Source: an uncultured delta proteobacterium
Lineage (GTDB): Bacteria > Myxococcota_A > Polyangia > Polyangiales > Polyangiaceae
Direction of reading: 5' to 3'
NCBI GenBank assembly: GCA_963696385.1
Contig: CAVOKF010000008.1
Span: forward strand, 640,001 to 704,000
DNA: 64,000 nucleotides
Made by a program: the position numbers and the translations under genes. Of the stretch, positions 21,676 to 31,296 are shown in pieces. The stretch's first letter is position 1. Every line of letters begins with the position of its first letter. A model generated the notes under the pieces. The model did no database searches. It had not been told where the DNA came from and was given only the letters and a program-made list of their open reading frames with translations.

Positions 21676-22845
21676 TCACAATTTCAACAACTCGATCGGC
21701 ACCGTCGGCGCTTTCGGCGCTCTCGGCACCAAGAGCCGCCGGATGGCGAGGTTCGCCGGCTTCTCGAAAAAGTGATTGGACAGCCACGCGACCCCGAACA
21801 CGAGCGACACGAAAATGAGCAGCGACCCGGCGAACGGCACACGTCCCAAGAAAGGCCACGCCAGGTAGAGCACGCTCGAGTGGAGAAGATAGCCACCGTA
21901 ACTGAGGCGCCCCGGGGACGCCAAAACCCGAAAGACGGGGTGCGCAAAGAGCGGAGCATTCAGCGCCCCCATCAAAAATAGAAACAATCCGATCGCCACG
22001 CCGGTCGATCCGAAGTTTTTGTCCCGATAGGCATTGGTCACTAGGTTCGCCGCCGCCAGCAGCAACCCGCCACTCACGCAAAGAAGAGCGCGCCCGTCTT
22101 GGCTCTTCGACAAGCGAAGCCCGTAGCGGGATGACGCGACGAAGAGCAGCGCGCCCAACGCAATCGCATCGAAATTGCCGAACGAGCCGTTGACCGCGGG
22201 CGACGGATCGCGCCAGAGCATGCGGTAGAGCGGCCCCAAGACGACGAAGAACAAAAGAAAGCGGACCAAGCGCTTCTCGGACCCGATCCACGCGAGAGCC
22301 AGCGGGTAGAAGAGATAAAATTGCTCTTCGACCGACAGCGACCAGAGCACCTCCCAGTGCAGCCCCGAGACGGGCGCGATGATCTTGTACCAATTGAACG
22401 TGAACGTACCGAGCGAGAGCCAGAAGCTCGGCGTGAGCTTCGTTTCGGCGCCCTTCAGGCAATAGAGCGTTCGCGGCTCCGAAGGGTGCGCCAAGGCGAT
22501 GAGCGTCAGACCGAGCGCAACGCAGAGCGCAAACAACGGGAAAATTCGGCCCGCTCGGCGCGCGTAAAAGGACCTGAAGTGGGGATTGAAGAGGCCCTCG
22601 GGTTGGGTCGCGATGAGTCGGGTGATCAAGAAGCCCGAGATGACGAAAAACATCGTGACGCCGTAGCGCCCGCTCTCGAACAGGTGCCGGAAGATTCGCG
22701 TGCCGAGGTCCGGCGGTCCGGCCGAAGGGATTTGCGGATGCAAGCCGGAATTGAAAAAATGAGCGACGAGCACCTGCAGGATGGACACGCCCCGAATGAC
22801 GTCGATCACCTGAATGTTCTCGTTCGGGCTCGCGCTCGTCTTCAT
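21676..22845 (-). CDS. Acyltransferase family 3 (OafA-like)
   Basis: IDVIRGVSIL, GVTMFFVISGFLIT, FYARRAGRIFP, WSLSVEEQFY and SYGGYLLH motifs. Confidence 0.93.
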   Translation of the reverse strand: MKTSASPNENIQVIDVIRGVSILQVLVAHFFNSGLHPQIPSAGPPDLGTRIFRHLFESGRYGVTMFFVISGFLITRLIATQPEGLFNPHFRSFYARRAGRIFPLFALCVALGLTLIALAHPSEPRTLYCLKGAETKLTPSFWLSLGTFTFNWYKIIAPVSGLHWEVLWSLSVEEQFYLFYPLALAWIGSEKRLVRFLLFFVVLGPLYRMLWRDPSPAVNGSFGNFDAIALGALLFVASSRYGLRLSKSQDGRALLCVSGGLLLAAANLVTNAYRDKNFGSTGVAIGLFLFLMGALNAPLFAHPVFRVLASPGRLSYGGYLLHSSVLYLAWPFLGRVPFAGSLLIFVSLVFGVAWLSNHFFEKPANLAIRRLLVPRAPKAPTVPIELLKL

Positions 22846-23148
22846 CGACACCCTGGGATCGGGGCGAAGGTCAGCCACGCACGGACATCGGCCATTCGCC
22901 GAGACTACGCGGACTGCGAGGTACGAGGAAACCCCCGGGGCCGAAAGCGAGGTCGCCCGTGATCGGCGTGTCCCGGTGTGCCAACGCATTGACTCGTAAC
23001 CCCGCCGAGGAGCCGCAACGGCGCCGAACATGGCACAATCGACCCCTTGGCCTGCGATGTGCAGCGCCGCACGGGTTCTGCGCCGACCGAGCGAAGTGGG
23101 GCTCGCCGTCGTCGAGATTGAAATGCTGGCACGAGCCTGAGGGGAGCC

Positions 23149-24423
23149 ATGGCAATGCGACAATCGATCGGTTCGGCGGTGCTCGGGTGTGTTGCGATGG
23201 CGGCGCTCGGCGGATGCGCAACGCCTGCCGAGCAAGAGGCCGAAAAGGGGCTGCAGGCGTTCGAGAGCTGTGACCTTCGAAGCGCCAGCCAGGATTTTGC
23301 GAGTGCCCACAATCTCGACCCTGCCCGCGCCGACTTCGCGCTCGCCTACGCCTTGAGCACAATCGCCGTACTCCCCGAGGACCCCAACGTAACGACGGTA
23401 CTTCTCAAGATGGGGTTCACCGCGCCGATCGACTCATCGATTCTCTGGGGTCAAGGCGGCGTGCTCGACCAGCTCGCCGCTCGCGATGCCACTTGCCAGT
23501 CGATCTCGAATTACATCCGATCCCATCTTGCCTATGCACCGGCGCAGACCAATGGGCCCTCGGCGGCATCGGTCATCGCGGACCCCACGCTGAGCGGAAC
23601 GGACTTCGCCGGGGCCGCGGCAGCGCTCGCGCCTCGCCTGGAAAGCCTGGTCGCAGCCCTCGAGCAGGGAGCCGGTGCCACGACCGGGTTCGATATCCAA
23701 GGCGGATGCGGAGTCGGATCGGTCCATGTCGAAGCCCCTGAGCTCTACGGGTTGGCCGTGGTCCTCGAGCTGATCGTCGCGAGCATTCAGGCGATGCAAG
23801 CCTACGATTGGGGTCTTCCTGCAACGCTCGTCTTCGACCCGTCCGGGCAAGAACAGGCCTTTGCCAATGCCCTGAACGCGCACCTCTTCCACCTCGTGGA
23901 TGCGGCGTCGCTGCAGACGGCCCTGCCGACGACGTTGCATGCGTTCACTCTGCTTCAAGAGGGGGTCGCCGCCGCGCAGGCGATCTCTTCGCGGCCGCCG
24001 AACTCACTTTTCGATTGGCCCGCGTTGCCGTCGCAAGTGCTGGCGGACGTTCAGACCTTCGCGGTCGGCTTCCAGCAGGTGCTGACGATGGCTGGCCCGC
24101 AGCCCCTACCCTTCTTCGATCCGGCCCTGATGATGAATGGTCTGTCGTTTTTCGATTCCCCCGTGGACCTCACCGGCGTCACGCCGCCCATCTGGTCCGC
24201 CGTGGCGGATTCGAGCGGCGACGGTGGGTACGAGCTCGAATCTTCGTCCGACGGCGCTCAGCCGCAACTCGTGCCGCGATTCTCGCCGAATCCGTTTGCG
24301 GCGGGCGCTCCGGGCTATTCGTTCACGATGTTCAGCGGATGGCAGAACATCTCTTCGGATACCTGGACGATGACGTTCGATCCCGACAACCGATGGCAGG
24401 GGGTCTACGGCTGCTCGAACTAG
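23149..24423 (+). CDS. Hypothetical lipoprotein
   Basis: Long ORF with signal peptide and lipobox LGGC; no family recognised. Confidence 0.7.
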   Translation: MAMRQSIGSAVLGCVAMAALGGCATPAEQEAEKGLQAFESCDLRSASQDFASAHNLDPARADFALAYALSTIAVLPEDPNVTTVLLKMGFTAPIDSSILWGQGGVLDQLAARDATCQSISNYIRSHLAYAPAQTNGPSAASVIADPTLSGTDFAGAAAALAPRLESLVAALEQGAGATTGFDIQGGCGVGSVHVEAPELYGLAVVLELIVASIQAMQAYDWGLPATLVFDPSGQEQAFANALNAHLFHLVDAASLQTALPTTLHAFTLLQEGVAAAQAISSRPPNSLFDWPALPSQVLADVQTFAVGFQQVLTMAGPQPLPFFDPALMMNGLSFFDSPVDLTGVTPPIWSAVADSSGDGGYELESSSDGAQPQLVPRFSPNPFAAGAPGYSFTMFSGWQNISSDTWTMTFDPDNRWQGVYGCSN

Positions 24424-24504
24424 ATGGCCTCGTAACTCGCCAGGACCGCGCGCCGCCGACTTGGGCAAAAACGCCGGAGGACGTTGCCGCGATCGTCGAC
24501 CCTC

Positions 24505-27244
24505 TCACTCAGCGCCGAGGATCGATGTGACCCAAACGCGCTCTGCCTGAAGCAGCTCGATGGCGCGCCCGAGTCCCACCTCGGCGGCGACGGCCTTGAG
24601 CAGATTCTCGGCCGAGTCGCTCCAAGGGGCCGACGGTCCGTTGCCGGGCGGGCCGGCGGGCTTTGAGGGGGTCCCTGTCGGAAGGGGCTCCGGCGCCTCG
24701 ATGCGATCGGCCTCGTCCGGAGTCGGTTCGGCGGGACGCAGGTCGAGGGGATCGGTCGGCGCGTCCTCATCGTCGACCGCGGAGTCGGCCTCGCCCAAAA
24801 AGGGGTCGGCCCCTGCCCCGTCACCGGCCCCCGCGGGGGCGCCCCCGTTCGTTCCGCTTGCGTCATCGACCTCGCGGGGCGCAGGCCTTGCAGGCGCTTC
24901 GGCCAGCGCGCCCGGATCGACGATGCGCTCGACACGCGTGAGAAAAGAGGCCGCCGCGTCGAACGCAATCTCGTCGCTCGACCCATCGAAGAGACCCGAG
25001 AACAGCGCCTGCTTGGCGCCGACCAGCCCGGCGATGCGCGCTTCGATCAATCCCTCCGACACGAGATTGTAGACGTCGATGGGCCGCCTCTGTCCGTGAC
25101 GATGAATGCGGGCGATGCGCTGTTCGAGCACCGCCGGATTCCACGGCAGTTCCAGATTGATGCACGCGCTGCCAGCCTTCTGCAGATTGAGGCCTACGCC
25201 GCCCGCATCGCTCAGAAACATCACCCGCACTCGCGGATCGTCGTGAAAATCGACCACACTGCGCGTGCGCTGCGACAGCTTCTCGGCGCCCGTGAAGAAC
25301 ACCGCGCGCAGCCCCTCGTCGCCCAGCACGTCGCGCACGCTCCACTCCGCCAACCGCAGCATGCGGCGCCATTGGCTGAAGACGACGATTTTGCGGCCCT
25401 GGCTGACGGCCAGGTCCGCGATGAGACGCCGCAGCTCGACGAGCTTGGGCGAAAAGAGCCCCTCGAGCCGCGACGCGTCGGGACGCACCGTGCTGAGGTC
25501 CGGCCAGATCGCCTCGAAGCGCAACTGGCCCAGGCCGTTGGCGATGATGCGCTGCTGCGTGAGAAGCTGCATGAGCTTGAGAAACTCCGCCTGCAGCAGC
25601 GGGCGATGCTTGCCTATTTGCACGAGCCGCTTGATGGGTTGTGCGAGCTCGTCGTGCTCGATCGCCTGCTCGGCGGTGAGCTCCACGGGCACGCGCGTAT
25701 CGGTGCGTGGCGGCAGCTGCCCGAGGACGTCTTTTCTCAAACGGCGGACCAGGCACGGGCCCAGCCGCGAGCGAAGGGTGTCGAGGTTACGCGCACCCGC
25801 CTTGCCCGTGCGGCTGCCGTCGCCCTCCCACTTCGTGTACCACGGCACGAGACGCCACTTGGGCGAGAGCGCGACGTCGTCGACCCAATCGAGGATCGAC
25901 GCGAGCTCCTCGAGACGGTTCTCCATCGGCGTACCCGTCAGAACAAGACGGTATTCGGGACGCAGCGCTTTCACGTAAACGGCCGACTTGGTCGCGTAGT
26001 TCTTGATGCGCTGAGCCTCGTCGAGCACCACCATCTCGGGTTCGACCTCGTAGACGTACGCGCCGTCGCGCAGCAGCTGCTCGTAGTTGACAATGAGAAA
26101 ACCTTCCCGAAGCGCACGATATTGGCGGACGCGATCGGCGGCCGTCCCCTCGACAATCGCGGCGGGAACGTGGGTCGTCTCCTGCCACTCGCGCAGCCAC
26201 TGCCCTTTGAGGCTCGACGGCACGATGACCAGACCTCGACGCACACGCTTCGACTCGAAGAGGGCGTGGCACGCCGCGATGGCTTGGATGGTCTTGCCCA
26301 ACCCCATGTCATCGGCCAGCAGCAGCCGCCCCGCCGCCAGGAAGCGTTCTACGCCTTGCTGCTGGTACGGATACAAGCGCCGCTGCAGCGTGCCCAGGGT
26401 GGAAAGCGCCCTGGGGGCCAACCGGACATTGCGCCCTTGTCTCTCGGCGCGGTCGAGCTCTTCGACGACGATGGCCCGGGCGGCCGGCGTCGCGTCGAGG
26501 GGCCCGGGCGAGTCCTGTGCGACCAGCGCCCGAAGCGAAGAAAGCAGCGGGCGACGACGTTCCGGATCGAGACGCACCTCAGAATTCAAGGCCCCGCCCG
26601 AAAATGCCCGCAAGGCCCGGGTCAGATGCCCATCGGCCACAGTCTTCGAACCGACCGGCAGAGGGCCGGGCGTCGGCATGTCGAGGCGAAGGCCGACCAA
26701 GCGATCGAATCTCGCCGGCAAGAGGCAGGTCGGGCTCCCAGCGGATCCTCGGCCCGCGATCGATGATCTCGGCGCTCTGGCGCACGCCGCGCGCAAGGCG
26801 ACGGCGACTGCGAAACACGTGGTCCAGCACGACGAGACCGTGCTTGCAAAGGCCGAGCGAGCTGCGAAGGAAATCCGGACAATCGCAGCTCGTCACGAGA
26901 GGGCTGAGGCTCTCGAGCAGGGTCGCGTAGGGGCGCTTCTCACGAGCGCGACCTTTGCGCCGCCCCGTCACGTACATCCCGAGCACGCTCCCGCCGTCGG
27001 GCCTGCGGGCGACCACCAGTCCGTCCCGCTCGGCGAACGCCCAGCGCCGCACGAGAGCTTCGAGGGCCGCCTCGCGGACCGCGAAATCCGACCCGGCGGT
27101 GCGAGTCAAGAGGTGTTCGACCAGCGCGTCGGGGCCGATCGATCCGAAGCGGCGACGCGCCGAATCGACGAGCGTCTGACGCGTCTCTTCGAGACTCACT
27201 ACCGGGGCGGCGGCATCGGCCGCCCAAAGCACGATCGCCGACAT
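24505..27244 (-). CDS. SWIM Zn-finger SNF2-family helicase (apparent frameshift at ~26708)
   Basis: SWIM motif CDCPDF..LCKH in ORF 26579..27475. LADDMGLGKT, DEAQRIKN, LTGTPMENRL, GGVGLNLQ and QRIARIHR in ORF 24505..26796. Confidence 0.88.
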
Positions 27245-27321
27245 GAGGCCGACAGGTAACCGATCGGAACGGCGACGGGAAGAGCCATCCGGAGGACGGG
27301 AACGGCGCGCCGCCACGCGCT

Positions 27322-27909
27322 TCACGTCTCGGCTCTGCGCAGGACCTCCTCGAGCTTGGCGTTCAAGTCCTGGCGACGGTGAAATCCGCGTTCCTCGATC
27401 CGTCGCAGATTCTCCCGGACGCGTTCGAGGTCGAGGTTGGGATTGACCTCGATCAGCGAGCGGGCGTCCATCCAATCTTGCAGCCGCCGCGCATCCATGG
27501 ACAGCACTTTCATGGACAGGAGCTCTTCCGGTTGCGCGACGAAAACCTCGCCTGCACCCTCCACCGACACCGTCGTCGCGCGGAAGACGATCTCGTGCTC
27601 GATGCCGGAGCTCGCTGTGAGAAGATCGACGGTCACCCCCGAGGGCGAGCGCATGCGAACCGTGGCCACGCGCTGTGCATCCTCGTGCTCGACGATGGCG
27701 AGGACGTCGTAGCGTCGGTTGCGAAAGTCACGGACCAATGCCTCGACGGCCTCGTCGTCGGGCATGTCGAGTGCCAGATCCACGTCACGCGTGAAGCGGA
27801 CCTCGGCGCGGAGCGAAACGCCGAAACCACCGACGACCGCGTAACCGACCGACCGAGCGGTCAGATCGGCGGTCGCGCGCCGGAGCGCCGCGAGAGGGTC
27901 AGCCGTCAT
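27322..27909 (-). CDS. Nucleotidyltransferase toxin, MenT1 (Rv0078A)/AbiEii-like
   Basis: VVGGFGVSLRAEVRFTRDVD, VDLLTASSGIE, MKVLS..QDWMD and RGFHRRQDL resemble M. tuberculosis MenT1 as I recall it. Confidence 0.75.
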   Translation of the reverse strand: MTADPLAALRRATADLTARSVGYAVVGGFGVSLRAEVRFTRDVDLALDMPDDEAVEALVRDFRNRRYDVLAIVEHEDAQRVATVRMRSPSGVTVDLLTASSGIEHEIVFRATTVSVEGAGEVFVAQPEELLSMKVLSMDARRLQDWMDARSLIEVNPNLDLERVRENLRRIEERGFHRRQDLNAKLEEVLRRAET

Positions 27910-28096
27910 CGTGGCGCTCGAGCCACCGCGCGAATCTCTGGTCGAGCTCCTCTTGGGACGCCCCCGGCGATCGGGCGCGCAGCGCCGAGCGCTTGAGCGC
28001 GAACCCGGCGCGAATCACTTGGATGAGCTGTACGGCTCGCTCCTCCGGCGAGGTTCGACGGGCGCGCTCCAAGTCGTCGCGTTCGAGCCGATCCAC
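27899..28096 (-). CDS. Small helical antitoxin, MenA1 (Rv0078B)-like
   Basis: 65 aa, overlaps the toxin start; the AGFALKRSALRARSPGASQEELDQRFARW pattern resembles MenA1. Confidence 0.6.
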   Translation of the reverse strand: MDRLERDDLERARRTSPEERAVQLIQVIRAGFALKRSALRARSPGASQEELDQRFARWLERHDDG

Positions 28097-28283
28097 GGCG
28101 CAAAGGATAGCTGATTCACCGCATGCCAAACGTCGAGAACGATCAAGGGCGCGGCCTTCACGGCCGCCAAGTCGGCGAAATCCCTTACTCCGTCATGGGG
28201 CGAAACACCTCGAAACGCCCCTGTCGAACTTGACACGGTAGGCATAAGAAGGGGGGGTGCGGTCGGAAAGCGAACCGGCAACC

Positions 28284-28307
28284 CTCAGGCATCAACTCTC
28301 GGACGCC
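28284..28307 (+). repeat. Direct repeat A, copy 1 (ctcaggcatcaactctcggacgcc)
   Basis: 23/24 identical to 30040-30063. Confidence 0.85.
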
Positions 28308-28708
28308 AACCAGCCTTCCGCACGCAGCAAGGCCAACGCATCTCGGCTGAATCGCTCGGCGTCCGCCAGCTCCGCAGCGGCATCGTCCGCCGAAAAGGTC
28401 ACCGCCGCGTCGTAGTCGGCGAGCTCTCGGGAGCGCTGAAGACCCGCGAGCAGACGATTGTGCGAAGACGGCAGACTGCCTGTGCGAACGAATTCGGTAT
28501 TGAGAAGGTGAATCGCACCCGCGTGCGTCTTCGCCTCGACTCCGCGCATTAACAGCAAGGCTCGGACCAAATGAAAGACGGCATAGTACGAACGCGAGAT
28601 CGCATCCGGGTGCAACTCGAGCCCGACCAGCGCGCGGGCAGCGTTCATGGCCTGCGCCGCGCGTGCGACCGCGTCGGCGATGTTGCGGCGCCGATTTTCC
28701 TCGGTCAC
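28292..28708 (-). CDS. HEPN domain protein (UPF0332-like)
   Basis: AISRSYYAVFH, KTHAGAI and RELADY motifs; GTGA overlap with the upstream MNT gene. Confidence 0.88.
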   Translation of the reverse strand: MTEENRRRNIADAVARAAQAMNAARALVGLELHPDAISRSYYAVFHLVRALLLMRGVEAKTHAGAIHLLNTEFVRTGSLPSSHNRLLAGLQRSRELADYDAAVTFSADDAAAELADAERFSRDALALLRAEGWLASES

Positions 28709-29058
28709 AGGGGCACCGCGTCGCGCGCAATCTCGCGGGCAATGAGTCGTTCACGGTCGCGAAGTTCGGTCATCCTCGCGGTGCTCACCGCGAATGGGGA
28801 GACCAGCACGTCGTGGTGCGTGAGCGCGTCGCCCGCCAGGTGCGCCACCGAGCGCCCCTCTGCATGGGTCATGTCGTCGATGACGACCAGGACATCGACG
28901 TCCGATTCCTCGTTTCCTTCTCCCCGCGCTCGCGAACCAAAGAGCGCAAGTTCGCGCAGCCGCGGACCAAACTGAACGCGGACGGCCCCACAAAATTCCT
29001 GCAATGCCGCGTGCTCGCGTTCGAAGAGCGTCGGCTTGGCCCGTTGCATCGGCGGCAT
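28705..29058 (-). CDS. Minimal nucleotidyltransferase (MNT)
   Basis: LFGSRARG..ESDVDVLVV motif. Confidence 0.88.
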   Translation of the reverse strand: MPPMQRAKPTLFEREHAALQEFCGAVRVQFGPRLRELALFGSRARGEGNEESDVDVLVVIDDMTHAEGRSVAHLAGDALTHHDVLVSPFAVSTARMTELRDRERLIAREIARDAVPL

Positions 29059-29359
29059 TGTAGCGTCGCCGACCACGGCGGGTGAGCGGCGCGGAATCGG
29101 GCCGACCCACTGAATCCGTTGCGCTTCATTGGGGTCGGTTTCTCCAGCGCCGCACCGCTCGGGACAGTGAGATGGACCTGCGCGGCCATGGCATTTGGGA
29201 AGCGCTCCAGTCGGCCGTATGCTGGCGACTGTCGTAGGCTGCCGGCTCGGGAAGCCCCCTGGCGCTCGGCCCCTCCCCGCTGCGCGGCGGCTCGTCTGGC
29301 GGGCACGTCGGCGGCGCCTGCAGGCGCCGCGCGGAGTCTTTGCGCTACACTCGATCGGC

Positions 29360-29995
29360 ATGACGATCGCGGCGCGCGAGCCTCGGGCACGAGCCCATCG
29401 ATTCGCCGGCGTCCCGGTGCGGTCGGCGACGGTCGATCAACGCGTGATTCTGAACGGCATTTCCTGGCGCGATTACGGTGTCCTGCGCGAGCTGCTCGAC
29501 AGCCCCGGTTTGCGGATGACGTATCTCGAGGGAACGTTGGAGATCATGAGCCCTTCCCGCCTCCATGAGGACGTGAAAACGCGGATCGCCAGGCTCCTGG
29601 AGCTCTATGCGCTCGAGCGCGATATTGCCCTCTACGGCTACGGCTCGACGACCTTCAAGCACGAGCCCAAAGAGCGAGGTCTCGAGCCGGACGAGTGTTA
29701 CGTCGTCGGCAAACCCCAAACGGAAGGATTTCCCGAACTCGCGATCGAAGTCATCGTGACGAGCGGCGGCCTCGACAAGCTCGAGGTGTACCGCGGGCTG
29801 GGCGTGCGCGAGGTCTGGGTGTGGGACGAGGGCCGGATCTCGGTCTACGTGTTGGGTCCGGACGGCTACGAAGAGCGCTCGGCGAGTGAGGTCATCGCGG
29901 GAATCGATCTCGACGCGATCGCGCAGCTCGCGGGCGAAGCCGACCAGCACGCCGCCTTGAAACAGCTGCGCGACCGACTTCGTGCCGGTGGATGA
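29360..29995 (+). CDS. Uma2-family PD-(D/E)xK endonuclease-fold protein
   Basis: ISWRDY..RMTYLEGTLEIMSPS, EPDECY, ELAIEV and KLEVYRGLGVREVW motifs. Confidence 0.92.
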   Translation: MTIAAREPRARAHRFAGVPVRSATVDQRVILNGISWRDYGVLRELLDSPGLRMTYLEGTLEIMSPSRLHEDVKTRIARLLELYALERDIALYGYGSTTFKHEPKERGLEPDECYVVGKPQTEGFPELAIEVIVTSGGLDKLEVYRGLGVREVWVWDEGRISVYVLGPDGYEERSASEVIAGIDLDAIAQLAGEADQHAALKQLRDRLRAGG

Positions 29996-30039
29996 TCCAA
30001 GCGAAAAAGAAACGGCCGAACGGACGGACGCGCGCTCCG

Positions 30040-30063
30040 CTCAGGCATCCACTCTCGGACGCC
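30040..30063 (+). repeat. Direct repeat A, copy 2 (ctcaggcatccactctcggacgcc)
   Basis: 23/24 identical to 28284-28307. Confidence 0.85.
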
Positions 30064-30236
30064 GAGCGAAGCGGCTCCAAGCAGCCCCAAGGCCCTCGGC
30101 GCGCACCGGGGCGCGGGGCAATGCCCTATCCCACCGGCTCTCCAGTCTCGTCATCCGGCCCGAAGCGAGGTCGGCACGCAGTGGGGGCGTGAATAGCGGG
30201 CAGGCCTGACGGCGGGAGCTCGTGCTATGGGCCCTC

Positions 30237-30845
30237 ATGGCGGTCGCCTTCTCGTGGCCCGAAGTCGCGGACGAACCCAAAGAGCAGCGCATGCTGCTTC
30301 ACAGTATTTCGTGGAAGGAATACGTCATCCTGCGCGAGCTTCTCGACGGGCCGAGCCTTCGGATGACGTACGTCCAAGGAGCGTTGGAGATCATGAGTCC
30401 GTCGCCGGAGCACGAGTTGTGGAAAACGAACATCGCCCGCTTGGTGGAGCTCTTCGCGCACGTGAAGGGCATCGACCTCTACGGCTACGGTTCGACTACC
30501 TTCAAGAAGGAGGCTCAGCAGCGGGGCGCGGAGCCGGACGAATGCTACTTGGTGGGCAAGAAGCTCCACGATTTTCCAGAGATCGTGCTCGAAGTGATCC
30601 ATTCGTCGCCCTTGCTCAACAAGCTCGAGGTCTACGCGGCGATGGGCGTCCGCGAGGTTTGGGTCTTCAAAGATGGCGCGTTCAGTCTGGTCGCGTTCGA
30701 CCCGGAGACAGGTGCGTTCCGGCACGCCGAACGCAGCGCGCTCGTGCCGTCGCTCGATTTTGCCGTCGTGGCTCGCTACGCCGTGCGGACCGACACGCCC
30801 CAAGCGCTGCGCGAGTTCGAGAACGAGATCCGCTCGAGCCGGTAG
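30237..30845 (+). CDS. Uma2-family endonuclease-fold protein (paralog of 29360..29995)
   Basis: RMTYVQGALEIMSPS, LYGYGSTTFK, EPDECY and KLEVYAAMGVREVW motifs. Confidence 0.92.
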   Translation: MAVAFSWPEVADEPKEQRMLLHSISWKEYVILRELLDGPSLRMTYVQGALEIMSPSPEHELWKTNIARLVELFAHVKGIDLYGYGSTTFKKEAQQRGAEPDECYLVGKKLHDFPEIVLEVIHSSPLLNKLEVYAAMGVREVWVFKDGAFSLVAFDPETGAFRHAERSALVPSLDFAVVARYAVRTDTPQALREFENEIRSSR

Positions 30846-30869
30846 GTTAGGCCGCGATTCGGTGGCTTG
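30839..30869 (+). repeat. Direct repeat B, copy 1 (ccggtaggttaggccgcgattcggtggcttg)
   Basis: 29/31 identical to 31260-31290. Confidence 0.88.
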
Positions 30870-30944
30870 TCCGATGGCACGACTATGAGTCTTGACTAAT
30901 AACATCCGAAGCTCATATTCAGCTGTTCTTGCGGGGCGCTTTAC

Positions 30945-31046
30945 TTAGGTTGCCCACAGAGACGCGATATCCAGTTCGATCGCGTCGAACGGCTCGGCCC
31001 GCACGACCGCGTCGTCTCGCCACGTGCCGACGACCCTGTACTCTCG
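30945..31046 (-). pseudogene. C-terminal fragment of a third Uma2-family gene
   Basis: YRVVGTWRDDAVVRAEPFDAIELDIASLWAT* matches my recollection of a myxobacterial Uma2 C-terminus; no N-terminal part is present. Confidence 0.65.
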
Positions 31047-31259
31047 CGCTAAGCCTTTCGTGAACCGCGCGCCCCTGCCGAATGGCTGACAAATCCACGA
31101 CTTTTTGCCCCAAAAAGCGATCGAGGTGGCGGCCGACACGCGTCGCAATCGGGCGGGGGTTCGAGGGGCGCGGTTTCGGGATCACGAGTGCCACATAGTG
31201 GCGCGGGCAATCGGCGTATAGCCCCAGGTATCCGCCTCGGCTCTCGAGTGGACGGCAAA

Positions 31260-31290
31260 CCGGTAGGTTGGGCCGGGATTCGGTGGCTTG
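31260..31290 (+). repeat. Direct repeat B, copy 2 (ccggtaggttgggccgggattcggtggcttg)
   Basis: 29/31 identical to 30839-30869. Confidence 0.88.
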
Positions 31291-31296
31291 AGCGCG

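Noticed and set aside
23000..23035. SAH riboswitch-like gccgaggag segment
   Set aside because: The downstream CCAGGCUC element is missing and the gene context is unrelated.
30839..31290. Integron attC sites (GTTAGGC and GTTGGGC cores within repeat B)
   Set aside because: No matching RYYYAAC inverse cores at a suitable distance and no integron integrase in the window.
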